Assembly (NCBI RefSeq): GCF_036365525.1
Contig: NC_090379.1
Location: 28,449,790 to 28,513,789, forward strand
Origin: Heterodontus francisci
Lineage: Eukaryota
Reading direction: 5' to 3'
Length of the DNA stretch: 64,000 bases
A program made the position numbers and the translations under genes. This document shows positions 34,725 through 48,093 of this stretch, piece by piece (position 1 is the first letter of the stretch; every line of letters begins with the position of its first letter). The notes below the pieces were generated by a model. The model searched no databases, was not told where the DNA came from, and saw only the letters and a list, made by a program, of their open reading frames with translations.

Positions 34725-35103
34725 ATTCTTTGGCCTCCTTATCTTGAGAGACAATGGGTAAGCGCCTGGAGGTGGTCAGTGGTTTGTGAAGCAGCGCCTG
34801 GAGTGGCTATAAAGGCCAATTCTAGAGTGACAGGCTCTTCCACAGGTGCTGCAGAAAAATTTGTTTGTCGGGGCTGTTACACAGTTGGCTCTCCCCTTGC
34901 GCCTCTCTTTTTTCCTGCCAACTGCTACGTCTCTTCGACTCGCCACACTTTAGCCCCGCCTTTATGGCTGCCCGCCAGCTCTGGCGAACGCTGGCAACTG
35001 ACTCCCACGACGTCTTTAAAGTGGAGACATGGACGGCCGGTGGGTCTGATACCAGTGGCGAGCTTGCTGTACAATGTGTCTTTGGGGATCCTGCCATCTT
35101 CCA
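34725..35103 (-). mobile_element. RTE 3' end fragment
   Basis: Matches 5660-6080 with an internal deletion. Confidence 0.9.
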
Positions 35104-35114
35104 ATGATAATGTG

Positions 35115-35400
35115 TGTAATATTACTTGTTCCTTTGATATGTGAAATATTGTAAGAGTCACAGGGCTTCAAGCACTACCCAAAGAAAATATGGGCTTTTA
35201 TTATAACTTAACCAGAACACGTATGTGTGTTCTAGTTACGTTATAATATATGAAACTGCTGCAGGAGCCATAGCAATACACCTCTCACTCTGTCAGGCTA
35301 CACCTACAACTCTCCAGTCATGTCTGACACAACATCACTTCCTTTGGTGATCTTTACTTACAGTTTCTTAAGGTGGGCCTCTTAAGCTCATCCCACAACA
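35115..35400 (-). mobile_element. Solo LTR (286 bp, Gypsy-like) with perfect 5-bp TSD
   Basis: TGT...ACA termini; ATGTG at 35110-35114 and 35401-35405; AATAAA on minus at ~35197. Confidence 0.8.
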
Positions 35401-35454
35401 ATGTGTGCAATGATGACTTAGGCCCCTCTTACCTTGACAGTTATAATTCATCCA

Positions 35455-36375
35455 GTCCTACTCAGGCCCCCTCCCCCAGCTCTTTTTCTGGTACATTGAT
35501 GACTGTATTGGTGCCATTTCCTGCTCTCGCCCTGAACTGGAAAACTTCATCAGCTTTGCTTCCAATTTCCACCCTTCTCTCATCTTTACATGGCCCATCT
35601 CCGACACTTCCCTTCCTCCACTTTTCTGTCTCCATCTTTGGGAATAGACTGTCCACTAATTTTGATTATAAGCCCACTGCCTCCCACAGCTACCTCGAAT
35701 ACACTTGCTCACACCCTACTTCCTGTAAGGGCTCCATTCCATTCTCCCAATTTCTCCATCTCCGACACATCTGTTCTGATGATGCAACCTTCCACAACAG
35801 CGCTTCTGAATATGTCTTCCTTTTTCCTCAACTAAGGATTCCCCCTCCCACTGTGGTTGACAGGACCCTCAACCGTGTCTGGCCCATTTCCCACACTTCT
35901 GTCCTCACCCCTTCCCCTCCCTCCCAGAACCGCGACAGGGTTCCTCCTGTCCTAACTTTCCACCCCACCAGCCTATACATCCAAAGAATCATCCTCCGCC
36001 ATTTCCACCAGCTCCAGTGTGATGTCACCAGCAAACACTTCTTCCCCTCCCCACTGAAGGGATCGTTCCCTCCGCAACACCCTGGTCCACTCCTTCATTA
36101 CCCCCGACACCTCATCCCCTTCCCATGGCATATTCCCATGCAATTTCCCTTTTAGCTCCTCTCTCCTCACCATCCAAGGCGCCAAACATGCCTTTCAGGT
36201 GAAGCAGCGAATTACTTGTACTTCTTTTAATTTAGTATACTGTATTCGCTGCTCACAATGCTGTCTCCTCTACACTGGGGAGACCAAATGCAGATTGGGT
36301 GACTGCTTTGTGGAACACCTCTGTTCAGTCCGAAAGCATGACCCTGAGCTTCGGTTTGCTTGTTATTTCAACAAC
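35455..36375 (+). mobile_element. Penelope-like element RT-thumb plus GIY-YIG endonuclease remnant
   Basis: YKPTASHSYL..HPTSCKGSIPFSQFLHLRHICS; NLVYCIRCSQCCLLYTGETKCRLGDCFVEH. Confidence 0.88.
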
Positions 36376-38831
36376 AGCAGCGGATGAGATTCTGTCAGCC
36401 CTTCCAGCCACGCTGCAAATGATTGGCGAGAGATTGGCAGAGGCCATCTCTAGCATGAATGCTGTGATGTCTCAGGCCTTCGAGCTGATGTCAACGTTCA
36501 TGAAAAGAGTGGCCACCTGCATGAAGCATCGGACACAACAGTTCACTGAATGTATGCTGGTCCTCATCAACAGCATGCAGATTCAGAATGCCATCTTAAG
36601 CAGGATCGCTGAAAATCTTGCCTTGGCCATTCAGCGCCTCACTGAATTGCAGCAAAATGCATTGCAGCTCTTGGCCAGCTGGGAAGTGTGAGTGGGCCAT
36701 AAGAAGGAAGATTGAGAAAGGAGAAATGGACGGAGGCACTCTGTTCGATGCATTTCCACTTCTGACCCCTTGCACCCCCTCATTCAGAGCCCCACATGCT
36801 GCCTCCTCTTCCGATGGCCAAGTCTTGCTCTGCACTAGTGCAGGTGGGGCAGTTGTTGGCAGGGCCTGAATGAGCTCCAAAACCCAGAGGATGTCATCCA
36901 AGAACATCTGAGTAGTTATAGCAAGGATATAAGCAGCCTGTCCCTAGCTCTGATGAAGCCACAGTGATATCATCACCAAGTAGTAGTCAAAAAAGGAAGA
37001 TTAAGAAACTGTAGTTGCATTAGGTTATATACATGGGTCTTCAACACTGTTACATTGTTAGATTTCTGATAATTTTTCTGTACCATTAAATTAAGTTGAT
37101 GCTCCATTTTCCTGGATTGTCCATTTTTGCCTTTTGCCTGCCAAGTGTCCTTCTGCATTGTGAAGAATGGGAAGACAAAAGTTAAAGATGGGCAACGGAT
37201 TTTTGTGAAAGGGTTGAATTCTTGATTGTAGAACTGCTTTCTGCTGGGATTGGGATAGGGGTCTAAGTGGATTCAGAATTTGTATGCCAGATGGTTTCAC
37301 TGCCTCAGTCTAAGTAAATCGTGTTCAGACCATGCTGTCCCAGGCATCCCAGGAAGTTATGTCTATGCAGTTGCTAGTGCCCTCACCACAACACATGCCT
37401 CCTCCTCCTGCTCCCCTGAAGAGGCAAAGTACTCAGCACCTTTCTCCTCTTAGAGCTCCATTCCTCACTGCTGCACTATGTTGTGCAAGGTGCTGTAGAC
37501 CACTACCATTCTGGAAACCCTGGCTGGTACAGACTGAAGGGTAACCCAAATCTGTCCAGCCACCTGAATCACATTTTCAGCATCCCCATTGCTTGCTCTA
37601 TCACAGCTCTGGTCGTCAGGCGGCCTCTGTTGTACCTTTCTTGGGCATCATTGTCTCCTCAGAGTTATCAGCTACATGTTCAAAGGGTAGACCTTGTTTC
37701 CAAGAAGCCATCTGCTAATTCTGCTCTGAATATCTCAGGGAGGCTTGACTGTCGCAGGATGAAAACATCATGGCAGCTCCCTGGGAATCTCGCACAGACA
37801 TGCATGATGAACGTCTTGTGGTTGCAGACGAGCTGAACTTTGAAGCTCTTTCGGCTGATGAAGACTCTAGGGGCATCTTGACTGCCACATATGTGTGGTC
37901 AATAACTGACTGTGCCTGTGGGAAGCCAGCTACAGTGACAAAGACGACCGGCCACTCATTCTGACTGTCTTCATCAGTTGAGAAGAGCACATAAGTCCCG
38001 CACCTGGCAAATATGGATTGGTCACCTGTGAGATGCACTTGTGAATAGCAGATTGTGAGATTCTACAAATTTCACCTATTGACCCTAGAAGGAGCCAAAG
38101 GTGAAAAAAATTAAGAGCAGTGCTGACTTTGACAGCCACTGGAAATATGTGCCCACCTAGTCTACATGGCAGGAGGACTTCTTTCAAGAGGCTACAAATA
38201 TTATCGACCACCGATGCGAACCTCTGAGCTTCCTGAGGTACCACTGCTCGGTCATGTCCAGGAAATTTATCCTCTGTCTGTAAATCCTGTGCTGGTGATA
38301 CTGCCCCTCAGCGAGCTGGATCTCCGTCCTCAGTGGCAGGTGGTTGAGAAGGCAGCTACTGTTCCTGCTGTTGCTGCTCCTGCCGCTGATGGTGTTGCTG
38401 CTGCTTCTCATCTTGTTCCTCATTTCAGATCCAAGGTAGCGATGCATAAATGGCTCGCACGCTGAACTGATGGTTGACAGTTGAGAAGCGTAGATGAAAT
38501 GATGTGAACTCCAAAGTAGTGAAAATGATCTCCAAAGCAGTGAAAGCACAGTCTCAGAACAAGCCCTGTGAGCCAAAACCTTTCACCTAGGAAAGGAAGC
38601 AAGGGTGATGCCGCAACATTTGAAGGATTTCTTGCCTGTCACTTGTTTATCTCCCTCAAATCCCCCTGTCCTCTTGCCTTGATTTCCCAAGCAAGTTCCA
38701 CAAAGCCATAGAAACCTGTGCACACACCGTCAAAATTCAGGATTAAAGAAGCCAATAATCAGTGCTTAACATATTTAAATTGCCAACCCATCTGTCCCAT
38801 GGAGGTTTTCTGTGTGCTGAAGATCACGCTG

Positions 38832-39180
38832 AGTTTATTTATTTATTTAGAGATACAGCACTGAAACAGGCTCTTCAGCCCACCGAGTCTGTGCCGACCA
38901 ACAACCACCCATTTATACTAATCCTACATTAATCCCATATTCCTTACCACATCCCCACCTTCCCTCAATTCTCCTACCACCTACCCACACTAGGGGCAAT
39001 TTACAATGGCCAACTTACCTATCAACCTGCAAGTCTTTGGCTGTGGGAGGGAACCGGAGCACCTGGCGGAAACCCACACAGTCACAGGGAGAACTTGCAA
39101 ACTCCGCACAGGCAGTACCTAGAACGGAACCTGGGTCGCTAGAGCTGTGAGGCTGCGGTACTAACCACTGTGCCACCCAA
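38832..39180 (-). mobile_element. Complete HE1-like V-SINE
   Basis: tRNA head GTGGCACAGTGGTTAG..GGTTC; V-domain GGAGTTTGCAAGTTCTCCCTGTGACTGTGTGGGTTTCC; CR1-like tail; (TAAA)n end. Confidence 0.9.
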
Positions 39181-40064
39181 AGGCAGACGTGGAAAGGCTG
39201 CTGCCAGCTTCCCGACATACCGGCAGTTTCAGCCTTTTAACCTGCCCCTGCTTTCAAACCCACTCACCTTGTCAGGTTAAAATTGCCCCCATTGAGTATC
39301 TTTATAAATATACTGGCTAGGATTTTTCACTGGATGGATGGTAATGGGATATGGCCATTAATAAGTTTGTGTAGCTGCCATCATAGACATGTTCCAGTCA
39401 CAATAGTGTCAGATTAAAACATGGAAATGTGTGCCTGGTTGTGTTCTGGCACTGATTAGACCAATTTTGTTGGTAAAAGAGTGTTGGAAATCTTCATATG
39501 TTCTATCTGGGAGCTAGGCTGCAACAGTCAACATCGCTTTATACAGAGTTGTCATGGTAAATTCAGCAATTACATGTTGCTAGCTATGTTGGAAGAGAGG
39601 ATGGATTGAAGATAGGATTATAACATTGCAGCCATGATTCTTCTACCTATAAATGCTTTCACCCTTACAGCTGTGCCATAAAGTAGAGGGATTTACAAAA
39701 ATGGATTAACTTATGAATGTGGATTTTACTTCTAGTTTTAACTGAAGATTAAATATTGGAAAATTGAGAGATAGTTTCAACATTCACATTATTTTAAAAG
39801 GAATGCAAGTAAGTTTAATGAGTCTTTAGTTGCCTGAGTTTGTTTTGTTGCCCTCTTTGAACCATAGAGCCTGTTATCTGAACTTCTGATACCTCCCTAG
39901 AGTCCACTGACCCCCGCATAATGATTGCCAGGGCTTCGCAAATCTCCTCACTAATCTCTTTCAACACTCTTGAGATAAATACCATTATTTCCTGGACCTG
40001 ACACCCCGATTTAAATTTTAAAGTGCAAAGTTCAGGCCATCGATGAGACAATTATTATTAGCAA

Positions 40065-42390
40065 TAATACTGTGGTGCAGAATTTCCCGGAGTGTGTGCG
40101 TGATGGTTTTTTAGATCAATACATTGAGGAACCAACTAGAGAACAGGCTATTCCAGACTGGGCATTGTGCAATGAGCAAGGATTAATTAACAATCTTGTT
40201 GTTCAGGGTCCCTTGGGGAGGAGCGACCATAACATGATAGAATTCTTCATTAAGACGGAGAGTGAAGTAGTTGAATCCGAAACTAGGGTCCTGAATCTAA
40301 AGGAAACTACGAAGGTATGAGGTGCGAGTTGGCTATAGTAGATTGGAGAACTTAACTAAAAGGGTTGATGGTGGATAGGCAATGGATAATATTTAAAGAA
40401 TGCGTGGATGAATTACAACAATTATTCATTCCTGTCTGGCACAAAAATAAAACCGGAAAGGTGGCTCAACCGTGACTTACAAAAGAAATTAGGGTAATAT
40501 TAGATCTAAAGAGGAGGCATATAAAATTGCCAGAAAAAGCAGCAAGTCTGAGGATTGGGAGCAGTTTAGAATTCAGCAAAGGAGGACAAATAGGATGATT
40601 AAGCGGGGGAAAATAGAGTATGAGAGTAAACTTGCGGGGAACATAAAAACTGACTGTAAAAGCTTCTATAAATATGTGAAGAGAAAAAGATTCGTGAAGA
40701 CAAATATAGGTCCCTTACAGTCAGAAATGGGGGAGATTATGATGGGAAACAAAGAAATGGCAGAACAATTAAACATATACCTTGGTTCTGTCTTCACAAA
40801 CGAGGACCCAAATAACCTCCCAGAAATGTTAGGGAACAAAAAGTCTAATGAGTGGGAGGAACAGAGGGAAATCAGTATTAGTAAAAAAAATAGTGCTCGG
40901 AAAATTAATGGGGTTAAAGGCTGACAAATCCCCAGGGCCTGATAATCTATATCCCAGAGTGCTAAAGGAAGTGGCCCTGGAAATGGTGGATGCATTGGTG
41001 GTCATCTTCCAAAATTCTATAGACTCTGGAGCAGTTCTTGCTGATTGGAGGGTGGCAAATGTAACCAAACTATTTAAAAAAGGAGGGAGAGAAAAAATGG
41101 GGAATTACAGGCTAGTTAGCCTTGGTAGTGGGGAAAATGCTAGCGTCTATTATAAAGGATGTGATAGCAGAACACCTAGAAAGTCAGCATGGATTTACGA
41201 AAGGGAAATCATGCTTAATAAATATACTGGAGTGATTTGAGGATCTAACAAGTAGAATAGATAAGGGAGAACCAGTGGATGTGATGTATTTGGATTTTCA
41301 GAAGGTTTTTGATAAGGTCCCACATATGTGTGCAAAATTAAAGCACATGGGATTGGGGGTAATATACTGGCATGGACTGAGAATTGGTTGACAGACAGGA
41401 AACAGAGAGTAGGAATAAACGGGACTTTTTCCAGGTGGCAGGCAGTGACTAGTGGGGTCCGGCAGGGATCAGTGCTTGGGCCCCAGCTATTCACAATATA
41501 TATTAATGACTTGGGTAAGGGAACTAAATGTAACATTTCCAAGTTTGCAGATGACACAAAGTTGGGGAAGAAAGTGAGCTGTGAGGAAGATGCAAAGAGG
41601 CTCCAATGTGATTTGGACAAGTTGGGTGAGTGGGCAAATGCATGGCAGATGCAGTATAACATGGATAAATGTGAGGTTATCCACACTGGTTGTAAAAACA
41701 GAAAGGCAGATTATTATCTGAATGGTGATAGAATCGGAAAGGGGGAGGTGCAATGAGACCTGGGTGTCCTTGTACACCAGTTGCTGAAAGCAAGCATTCA
41801 GGTGCAGCAAGCAGTTGGGAAGGTGAATGGTAAATTAGCCTTCATTGCACGAGGATTTGAGTACAGGAGAAAGGATGTCTTACTGCAGTTATTCAGAGCC
41901 TTGGTGAGACCACATCTGGAGTACTGTGTGCAGTTTGGTCACGTATGAGGAGAGATTGGGTTGACTAGGCCTATATTCACTATTCATTAGAAGAATGAGA
42001 GGGGATCTCATAGAAACCTATAAAATTCTAACATGACGAGACAGGCTAGATGCAGGGAGGACGTTCCCGATAGCTGGGAAGTCCAGAACCAGGGGTCACA
42101 GTCTCAGGATACAGTGTATACCATTTAGAACCGAGATGAGGAGAAATTTCTTCACTCAGAGGGTGAATTCTCTACCACAGAAGGCAGTGGAGGCCAAGAC
42201 ATTAAATATATTCAAGAATGAGATAGATATATTTCTTAATACCAAAAGGATCAAGGGATATGGGGAGAAAACAAGAACAGGGTACTGAATTAAACGATCA
42301 GCCATGATATTTTTTGAATGGCGGAGCAGGCCGAAGGGCCAAATGGCCTACTCCTGCTCCTATCTTTCTATGTTCTATGCTCTATGTTCC
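40065..42390 (+). mobile_element. CR1 ORF2 and 3'UTR, degenerate
   Basis: LGRSDHNMIEF, KSPGPDNLYPRVL, SKFADDTKLG; (TTCTATG)-type tail. A small inverted CR1 piece lies at ~39830-40000. Confidence 0.9.
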
Positions 42391-44234
42391 TGCCTAATTA
42401 TCTCCAAAGTCATGGCCTGATGACATCATCAACAAAGTGTTGGGTAGGCCTGACCTGTGGGATTCCAGGTAGCGGGAGGACCAGTCAGCGATTTAGCCTG
42501 CTGCCTGGTGCAAGAAAAGATGGAAATAAGGACATGGAGGAGCTGCCATTAAGATCAGCAGGTCCTCCATGTCCTCAGCCTTGCTGGGGTCTTTGGCCAA
42601 TTCACCCTCTCTGCATTCCTGTAAATATCAAGGCCAATGTATTTGTTTGTTCATGCATTTGAGATCATGTTTGCAACGGATTAGCGTTTTGGTTTTGTAA
42701 ATGTATTATCCTGGATAGTTAGAATTATACCTTTAAAAAAGTGTTCCATTTTATTCGAATGAAGTGTTATTGAACAACAGTGCCCAACTTATTTGTTTTA
42801 ATTGTTCCTTCATTTCCTTGAATGTAGTCCTTTTAAAGTTGTGTACACTGATCCGAGACACTTTTGACTCCCAGATTATATTAAAATTTATCATTGTGTG
42901 GTCTCTGTCCCTCCAAGGGAGCTAGCACTTCCAAGTAATGTACACTTTGAGCCATTTATGAACAATCAAAACATATGCCAATGGCATTACGTAGCCAGTA
43001 CTCTAAAATTGTGAGGTAACCTTATCACAGGGAATGAAATCCAGTCCATTTACTCAGCAAGATTTCATGTATTTACTATAAATGTTGAGCAAGGTTTGTC
43101 ATATAGAATGATAAATATCTTGGGAGTATTAATGTTGCAATTTAATCAAATAAGTTCTAATACTGTCATAAACCATAAAAGTGAAATGTTTTCTGGTTTA
43201 TCGAACTATTGAGACCCTAGCGACTGAACTTTGTTTTCTTAGAAATGGCATTATAAAAGTAGCTTTCATTACATAGGTGAACTAGTTGCATGGAAGCAAA
43301 GAGGTTAGTCAAGTGTGGTGATGTTCAATCTGATGGTAAATCATGCATGCATAAGATCGGTGCTGTAGAGCAATCATTTATTTTATGCAGCAGGTAAACT
43401 ATTTTCTATTTCATGCTTTATTTATTAGTGTTCAACTACATCTGGCAAATTACCCATATTTTGATTGCTTGTTAATGTCTATTTAAAACTGACAGACAAC
43501 ATAAGAAAGTCTGTAGCCGGGAAACACCATTTTACTCATCAGGCTCACTCCATCCAGAATTAATGAAAGTTTATTCCATTGTAGACTTCTCCTTGGATTT
43601 TGCCCTCCACCATCAACATCTGCTGCTCCCTTATTTCAAGGCACACTAAAAGGTAAATTCGAAAAATGGGAGCTGCATTCTCTGACTGGGAGTGCAGGAT
43701 CATACAAATTACTCTTAACTTCGTGCCGAGACATCCTATGATTTAAAATATCCATGAACTACTAGGAATAACTATATAAACCTCATTGCCCCTTCTCACA
43801 GATATCACATCAGCTTCCCTTTAAAATTGTCTGCTGTGTCTGAATGATCTACCTTCCTCGGAATTCTGTTCTACAACATCATTATCTGTGGATTCAAAGA
43901 TTCTGATTTGTAATCTTGTTGGAAGCTTATGAAATTTGTATCTATGATATAAGACTTGATACTGGAACTATTTCTAATGGAACAGGAAAGGCTAAGAAGA
44001 CATTTAGCAGCAACTTTGAAAACTATGAAGTGTGACAAAGGAAAGACTATTCCCTCAGCTTGGGATTCAATGGAGAAGAATCACCAATTTCAAATGATCA
44101 TTGACAAAGAGTGAGGGAAAGAGGTTTGGTGTTTAATGTTTCTTTACTCAGAGATGTTGGAGCATGGAATGATTTACTACAGGAATAATTGGGGTAGAGG
44201 TCAATCCTTTTAACAGAAAAGTGGATAATATTTG

Positions 44235-44890
44235 AACTAAAAACATGAAATGCTGGAAATACTCAGCAGGTCTGGCAGCATCTGTGGAGAGAGAAGCAGA
44301 ATTAATGTTTCAGGTCAGTGAAGGTGTTGATAGGACAAGGATATGTACACTCCAACAACTCCTGTTTGGTTCCTGGATCTCTCCCAGAAAAGGTATCTCA
44401 ACATTGTCAATATCTCCCTTTGTGGATTTTTCCACTTTTTAAAGTTTTCCCTTTCTGTATGTTCCGTACTGGCTTTTCTCTATGGCACCCCCTGGAAGTG
44501 GCCCTTCTTCCTGCACGAATGGCATTTGGCCTTTTTGGCAGGACAGTTTTCCTACTTATGTCTTTCTCGGCCACACCTAATTGAGGGCCGTTCATTTCTC
44601 TGTCAGTTAACACCCTCTCTGCACTAACGCTTTGTCTTTCAGCACACCATTAACATCCCGTTTGCCTTTGTTCCATGACCTTCTGGTCAGTTATTCTCTC
44701 TGACCCTCTGTCCTATCAACACCTTCCCTCGTTATCTCTTACCCCACCCCCACTTTATTTGTTTAAAACCTATTACATTTCTAACCTTTGCCAGTTCTGA
44801 TGAAGGGTCACTGACCTGAAATGTTAACTCAACTTCTCTCTCCACAGATGCTGCCAGACCTGCTGAGTATTTCCAGCTTTTCTTGTTTTG
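44235..44890. mobile_element. Penelope-like pseudo-LTR pair in inverted arrangement
   Basis: 44245-44340 is reverse-complementary to parts of 44705-44880; hammerhead on + at 44793-44829. Confidence 0.7.
44793..44829 (+). ncRNA. Minimal type-I hammerhead ribozyme
   Basis: AGTT-CTGATGA-A-GGGTC act GACCT-GAAA-TG-TT-AACT. Confidence 0.72.
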
Positions 44891-45520
44891 ATCGGTAATT
44901 GCTCTGTGAAATGCCTTGGGATGTCTTACTACATTAAAGGTGCTATATAAATGCAAGTTGTTGTGACTATTGTCAAAAAGTCTCTCCACAGATGCTGTCT
45001 GAACTGATGAATATTTTCAGCATTTCCTGTTTTTATTTCAGTTATTCAGCATCTGCAGTGTTTTGCTTTTTGTTCTAAGTTTTTTTCAAGTAGTGAAAAC
45101 CTATAAATAACCAGCACTGAGGCAAGATGATCATCACTTTATTGATTTTGTGGCCTGTGGTGTTGCACTGTATATCAAGAAATCAGATAACCTTGCTGAC
45201 TCGCCTTTGTAAACTAATTATATCAATTAATCATAGCGACTCCTGAATTCATCTAATCTGGTAAGAGATCTACCAGTAATCTTGTTTGCTTATAGAAAAC
45301 ACAATTTGCTTATCTTGTTACTGTTCTATTTCCCAACCTCTGCTGTACTATTTAATTATAATGACTAACAATACCCTGTATTCTTACTTTGTACCACTGA
45401 ATGTGATGGTAAGTGCTTCAGTTATTTAATTACAGGTGCATTTGAGTCGGGTTGGGGGGGCAGGGTGTGGGGGAAGGCAAAGAATCTGCAGCTTAAAGTA
45501 GAGAGAAGAAAGGGGTCATT

Positions 45521-48093
45521 GGCCGGGAATTTATTGGAAGCCCTGAAGTCCCGACATAGGGCCGGAATCGGGTGCCGTTGCTGAGTGGGCAGGGGTACGA
45601 AATCGTGAACGGAATCTTCTCAGAGCTGCCAATTAGAAGCCGGCAGGCAGGGGAGCCATACAACTAATTCCAGATGTGGCTAGTAGTACTTCCTCCTGGC
45701 ATTAATCATGACTGGGAGAAAGAGTAGAGGCCACATAGAGCAGAACAAGCTGCTAGAAGGGGGAGGAGGAGGGGGAAGACGGGCTCTCAGCAAGGAGGCC
45801 ATATCCATAGAGGGTGTTTAAGGAGTAATTCCCATACCTGAACTTCAGTGACAACCAATGTTCAACATGCCTGCACTTCACTTAAAGGGGTTGTAACTGA
45901 AATCTGCCAAATGTTGCAGCCACAACTCCAACCTCAGAGCAGTGCAATGATTGTATTAGCAATGGCTGTGAAACTGACTGTGGTTATGAACTTCTATGCA
46001 TCTGGCTCCTTCCAGGCTGCTGCTGGAGACACAAGCAACATCGTTCAGTTTGCAGTGCAATGCTGCATCAGGGCGCTCACTGAGACTCCATACAAAGAAA
46101 GAGAATTTTGCCTCATTCCTCCTTGCTAGAAACAAGTGGTTAGAGTAAGTACAAGGGTTTGCAAGGTTTGCCAGGTTTTCCATGATGCAGGATGCCATTG
46201 ACTGCACCTCAAACATTTAACCCTCAGTTCAATATTTTCAGATAATAATCAGCACTCTCATTTTTTTTCGAACAGCAGCTATTGGTAACTGTTAGCATTT
46301 ACACCTCCTCTAGACCCATCTGTTTCTTTTCTTGTCCCATTATCATCCTGTTTTGCTTTGCACCATTATCCTTCTTGCCATTTAATCCGTCCTATCTTCC
46401 TATCACAGACCTCCGCTTTTGCCCTTCCCTCCCTACCTCCCCAACCCAAACACCACCCTTCCCCCCACTCCTTTTTCCTGCCTCTGCACTTATTCAAAAT
46501 TGTTAAATCGACTGGTACCTGTTAAGGCATCTCATGATCACCTTCCTCCACTGTGCATGCAACTCACTCAGTGTCTTCCTCTGGCTCCAGCAATACACCC
46601 CTCTGGAACAGCAGGTTATGCAATGTGCCACAGACAATAATGATGCAGGATGTCCTTGAGGGTGTCTATTGCAGGTCTTCCCCAGATCTATCGAATCATT
46701 GAAAGTTCATCTTCAGCAGGCCAATGGCCTGCTCAATGTAACCCTTGTAGTCATATGGCAGTGGTTATTTGTGTCCTCCACCTTTATGATGGGGTTGCAT
46801 ACAGGAATCAGAAGCCATGACTTCAGTGGATACACTTTGTCCTCCAGGATGTAAGTGCTCGGGTGGTGCGAAGAGTTGAGGCAATGGGGACTGTCTACGG
46901 ATGTAGGAGTAATGGCAGCTTCCTGGAAGCCTTGCACACACCTGCATGAACCGCTTACGGTGGTCACAGATTACCTGAACATTAAGCGAGTGGAAACCCT
47001 TTCTAGAGTCTTTATGGCTACATGAGTGCACATTTGGAAATCTAGCCATGGCGCAAAGCCAACTGCCCTCTCAGCCTGACTGGCTTGATTGGTTATGAAC
47101 GTGACATATTGGTCAGCCCGATGGTACATGTCATACATTAGCTCCTTTCTGCAGCAATGGGCCACTGAACAAGAGATGCTACAGAGATCTCCAGATGATT
47201 GCTGGAACAATCTAGCGGCAAAAGATTTGAGTGCCAGTGACATCTTTAAGACGACAGGCATTGGGTGGCCGTTGCTTCCCAGTGGCCTCAACTCTTGTTC
47301 CATCATTCCACATAGCTCTGCCACCACCTCCCTGGAGAGGCACAGTCTGCATAGGCATTGGTGCTCAGACATTTCAAAGAAGCTGAGCCTCTGCCAGTAC
47401 ATCCATTGAGCTGGGTAGTGCCTTCTGCAATCAGGCTGTCCGTGTTGCCCCATGCACCCCACTTGTCCACCTCCAATGTCTTCCTCAGGCAGCTGGAGCT
47501 CCCTTGGCTGTTGCACAACCACACCATGTGACTACATTGCCACCTCTGGTCCATTCTCCTCCTCACTGGTGGAGTCAGAATTTGAAAATCCTAACCCCAT
47601 CTCAGATGAAGCCTCCACTGCTTTGAGCCTCCTTAGAAACTTTGCCCTGCCTCCACTGGCTGTTTAGGATCTCGGTGGCACCTTTCCAGCTGCAGCAAAT
47701 CACTTTGTTCACACCCCCTACAGAGTCTCCAAACGTGATAGCTTGGCTTGGCTGAGGACACACGGTGCAGACAGGTTCACAGACCTTTCACTTATCCTGA
47801 TAACTCTGATGCCGCTGGTAACTCGCCTCGTTGTAGTAGGTGAGCCTCCTCACTTCCTGTTTGCCGCTGGTAAGATTGAAATCACCTGGCAAAGTCCTGC
47901 TCTATTGGCTCATTAAGAGTCTGTGCCTGTCCGCCTCAGATCAGTCAGCCAGTAATCCGCCACACTGGCCGCTTTTGGAAAAATCAGCCGATGGCGGGAC
48001 AACATCGGGGAGCCTGCTCGGCGCCGGCAGATCCTATTTTACCGGCACCCTCAACTCCATTCCCGGCTCCACGGGGTCCATAAAATCCTGGCC
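45521..48093. mobile_element. Harbinger composite with two converging transposase remnants
   Basis: TIR-like GGCCGGGAATTTAT / ATAAAATCCTGGCC flanked by ATT on both sides; HARBI1-like on + (~45770-46215) and on - (~46510-47450: [25 protein letters not shown]); Penelope-like piece 46230-46505 between them. Confidence 0.75.

Larger units (their letters stand above)
33730..39290. mobile_element. PIF/Harbinger DNA transposon, decayed, with nested insertions
   Basis: Imperfect TIRs GGCTGGATTTTAAC / GTTAAAATTGCCCCC; Myb/SANT gene on + (exon 1 ends AAG|GTGAGT at 34216, acceptor 34504); HARBI1-like transposase on - (~37340-38400: RIYRQRINFLDM, PVAVKVSTALNFF, GFPQAQSVIDHT). Confidence 0.8.

Noticed and set aside
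42528-42575. Hairpin AGGACATGGAGGA...TCCTCCATGTCCT as a miRNA or ncRNA
   Set aside because: Appears to lie in a MITE-like remnant ending in a Harbinger-type terminus (~42635); no independent support.
42660-44230. Host exons in AT-rich unique stretches (also 32420-33300, 53580-54840, 55570-56150)
   Set aside because: No ORF with paired splice sites or a recognisable protein motif; conserved non-coding function cannot be judged without alignments.
45848-47522. Domesticated host HARBI1 gene
   Set aside because: Multiple stops and frameshifts, and flanked by TIR-like ends.
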